Source: Lingula anatina (lineage: Eukaryota; Animalia; Brachiopoda). From it: DNA of 64,000 nucleotides. Both the position numbers and the translations under genes were made by a program. Under the pieces are notes generated by a model, which was not told where the DNA came from, made no database searches, and saw nothing but the letters and a program-made list of their open reading frames with translations. Positions 62,536-64,000 of the stretch are shown here, piece after piece (the first letter of the stretch is position 1; every line of letters begins with the position of its first letter). Location: the NCBI GenBank assembly GCA_051362555.1, contig CM120641.1, positions 22,444,001-22,508,000 of the forward strand, read 5' to 3'.

Positions 62536-64000
62536 GCATTATCATGGTGGAGATTGCCCAGCTGCAGCTCCCTTCATACTAATGAAATGTGATCACACCA
62601 AATTGTTGGATAAAATAAGAGTCACAGGTGACTCCTTGCAAATAAATAAATATGCCATAGATAAACCTTCACCCTGCAACCTTGAAGTATAAAAGAGGAG
62701 AAAATGTTTGTCAGTGTCACAAGAAAGGTTATATGCCATTACTCCAAGGACAAAACTCGTGAATGCCATATTAGATTGATGAGAAAAGTGGTTATATTGA
62801 AAAGTATATTTTTTATAAGATTATGTGCCTGAATTATTATGGCAGTTTATATGATAATGTTGTGAACATATGGTTTCTGTTAAAAGTCAGTTGTAAATAC
62901 GGATTGCATTCCTACTGACCCAGCTTTTTGTTTAACAGGGCAGCAATATATAGAAGAGTTCAAGAGGAAATATTTTCACAAGGCAGCAGTTGTGTATGCT
63001 TTTATTGCGCTTTAGAAAGTTGCCACGGGGAATTTGGAGGAGGGGGGAATGTTTTACTTTATTAATGAACTTGTGTTTAGAAACACTTCCATGCACATGC
63101 CCACACATGTACACACAGTTGATATGGTTATATAATAATGGTATGAATTTATACATGCAGTTATGGATGGTTTTTTGACCCAGTCTTGTCTATTTAAATA
63201 TTATTTTTGGCAGTCTTCAATAATCATAAGCACACAAGGCAACTGAATATGAAAACATATACAAATGTATTCACTTTTTGTTGAATGCAATGCATTGAGT
63301 TATCACTCTGCAGTAGTCTTTTTTGTTTTAGTTACATAGAATTCTTATATACCAAATGCTGTAGGAGGTGAACAAGTTTTTTAATCATATTCATTCCAAG
63401 TTGTATATGATGAGTTTTGTGCCTTATTGTTTATGACATGTTAGACAGTACGCTGTCATGATCAAGATAGAATATGCATTATTAGGTAGTCACAGTTTTA
63501 GGTCCCTCACATAATCCAGGAGGATGGACTGCACGTACACTTGTTCAGTACATGCAATAGAAAAACTGTAAATTTTTAGATCATATAACATATTGTACTG
63601 TTTAAGTTTAGGTAGACGGAATGTGTGAAATTAGCACAGTATTAAATACTGGGTACTAGTCACGGTAGTGAGCATGCATCTGCTACTTCCTTACAACTAT
63701 ATGCATGGCTGCACAAGGATTGAAATTCATCACAAATATTTTGCCAGTTGGTGCCTTTTACATGCGCATAGTTAATGGCTGTAATCTTCATTGAGATTCA
63801 TGGCACTTTTGTATATGCCAACTGGTTTGAAGAGCAGTTTAGATGTTCAGAAGAGATTTTATTGTAATGAGTTTGTAAATAGCAAATAAAGTAGTATTTG
63901 AAACTAGATTTACTTTTGTTTTTTGTAGTTATCTTGGCAAAATCTTGTTTAGGTCAGGTGGCATCCAGTCTACATAAACATTAATTTTTTTTCTTAATTT

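Overview
This is AT-rich eukaryotic (invertebrate animal) genomic DNA; a mollusc or other lophotrochozoan is plausible but is inference. It holds four intron-rich protein-coding genes whose exons I reconstructed by hand from splice signals and translation. (1) A non-muscle myosin II heavy chain (MYH9/10/zipper-like, + strand, 504-36230, 5' end outside the window). (2) A convergent Golgi alpha-mannosidase II-like GH38 gene (- strand, 38309-48949, 23 coding exons, about 1142 aa). (3) An AP-3 complex sigma subunit (- strand, 53675-58951, 6 exons, 190 aa), missed by the ORF track. (4) Cysteine dioxygenase (+ strand, 59447-62535, 4 exons, 219 aa), head-to-head with AP3S. The most notable signals are as follows. 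The myosin gene has a duplicated pair of 96-nt motor-domain exons that look mutually exclusive, followed by four TGCATG (Rbfox) motifs. It also has a candidate loop-1 microexon, a U12-type intron, a GC-AG intron, candidate alternative tailpieces and a nearly perfect 259-bp palindromic Harbinger-type MITE. The mannosidase keeps its catalytic and Zn residues but appears to have lost the GlcNAc anchor site. Between the mannosidase and AP3S lie exon-like fragments with cystine-knot-like motifs that I could not assemble into a clean gene. Most short ORFs in the track are intronic or antisense noise.
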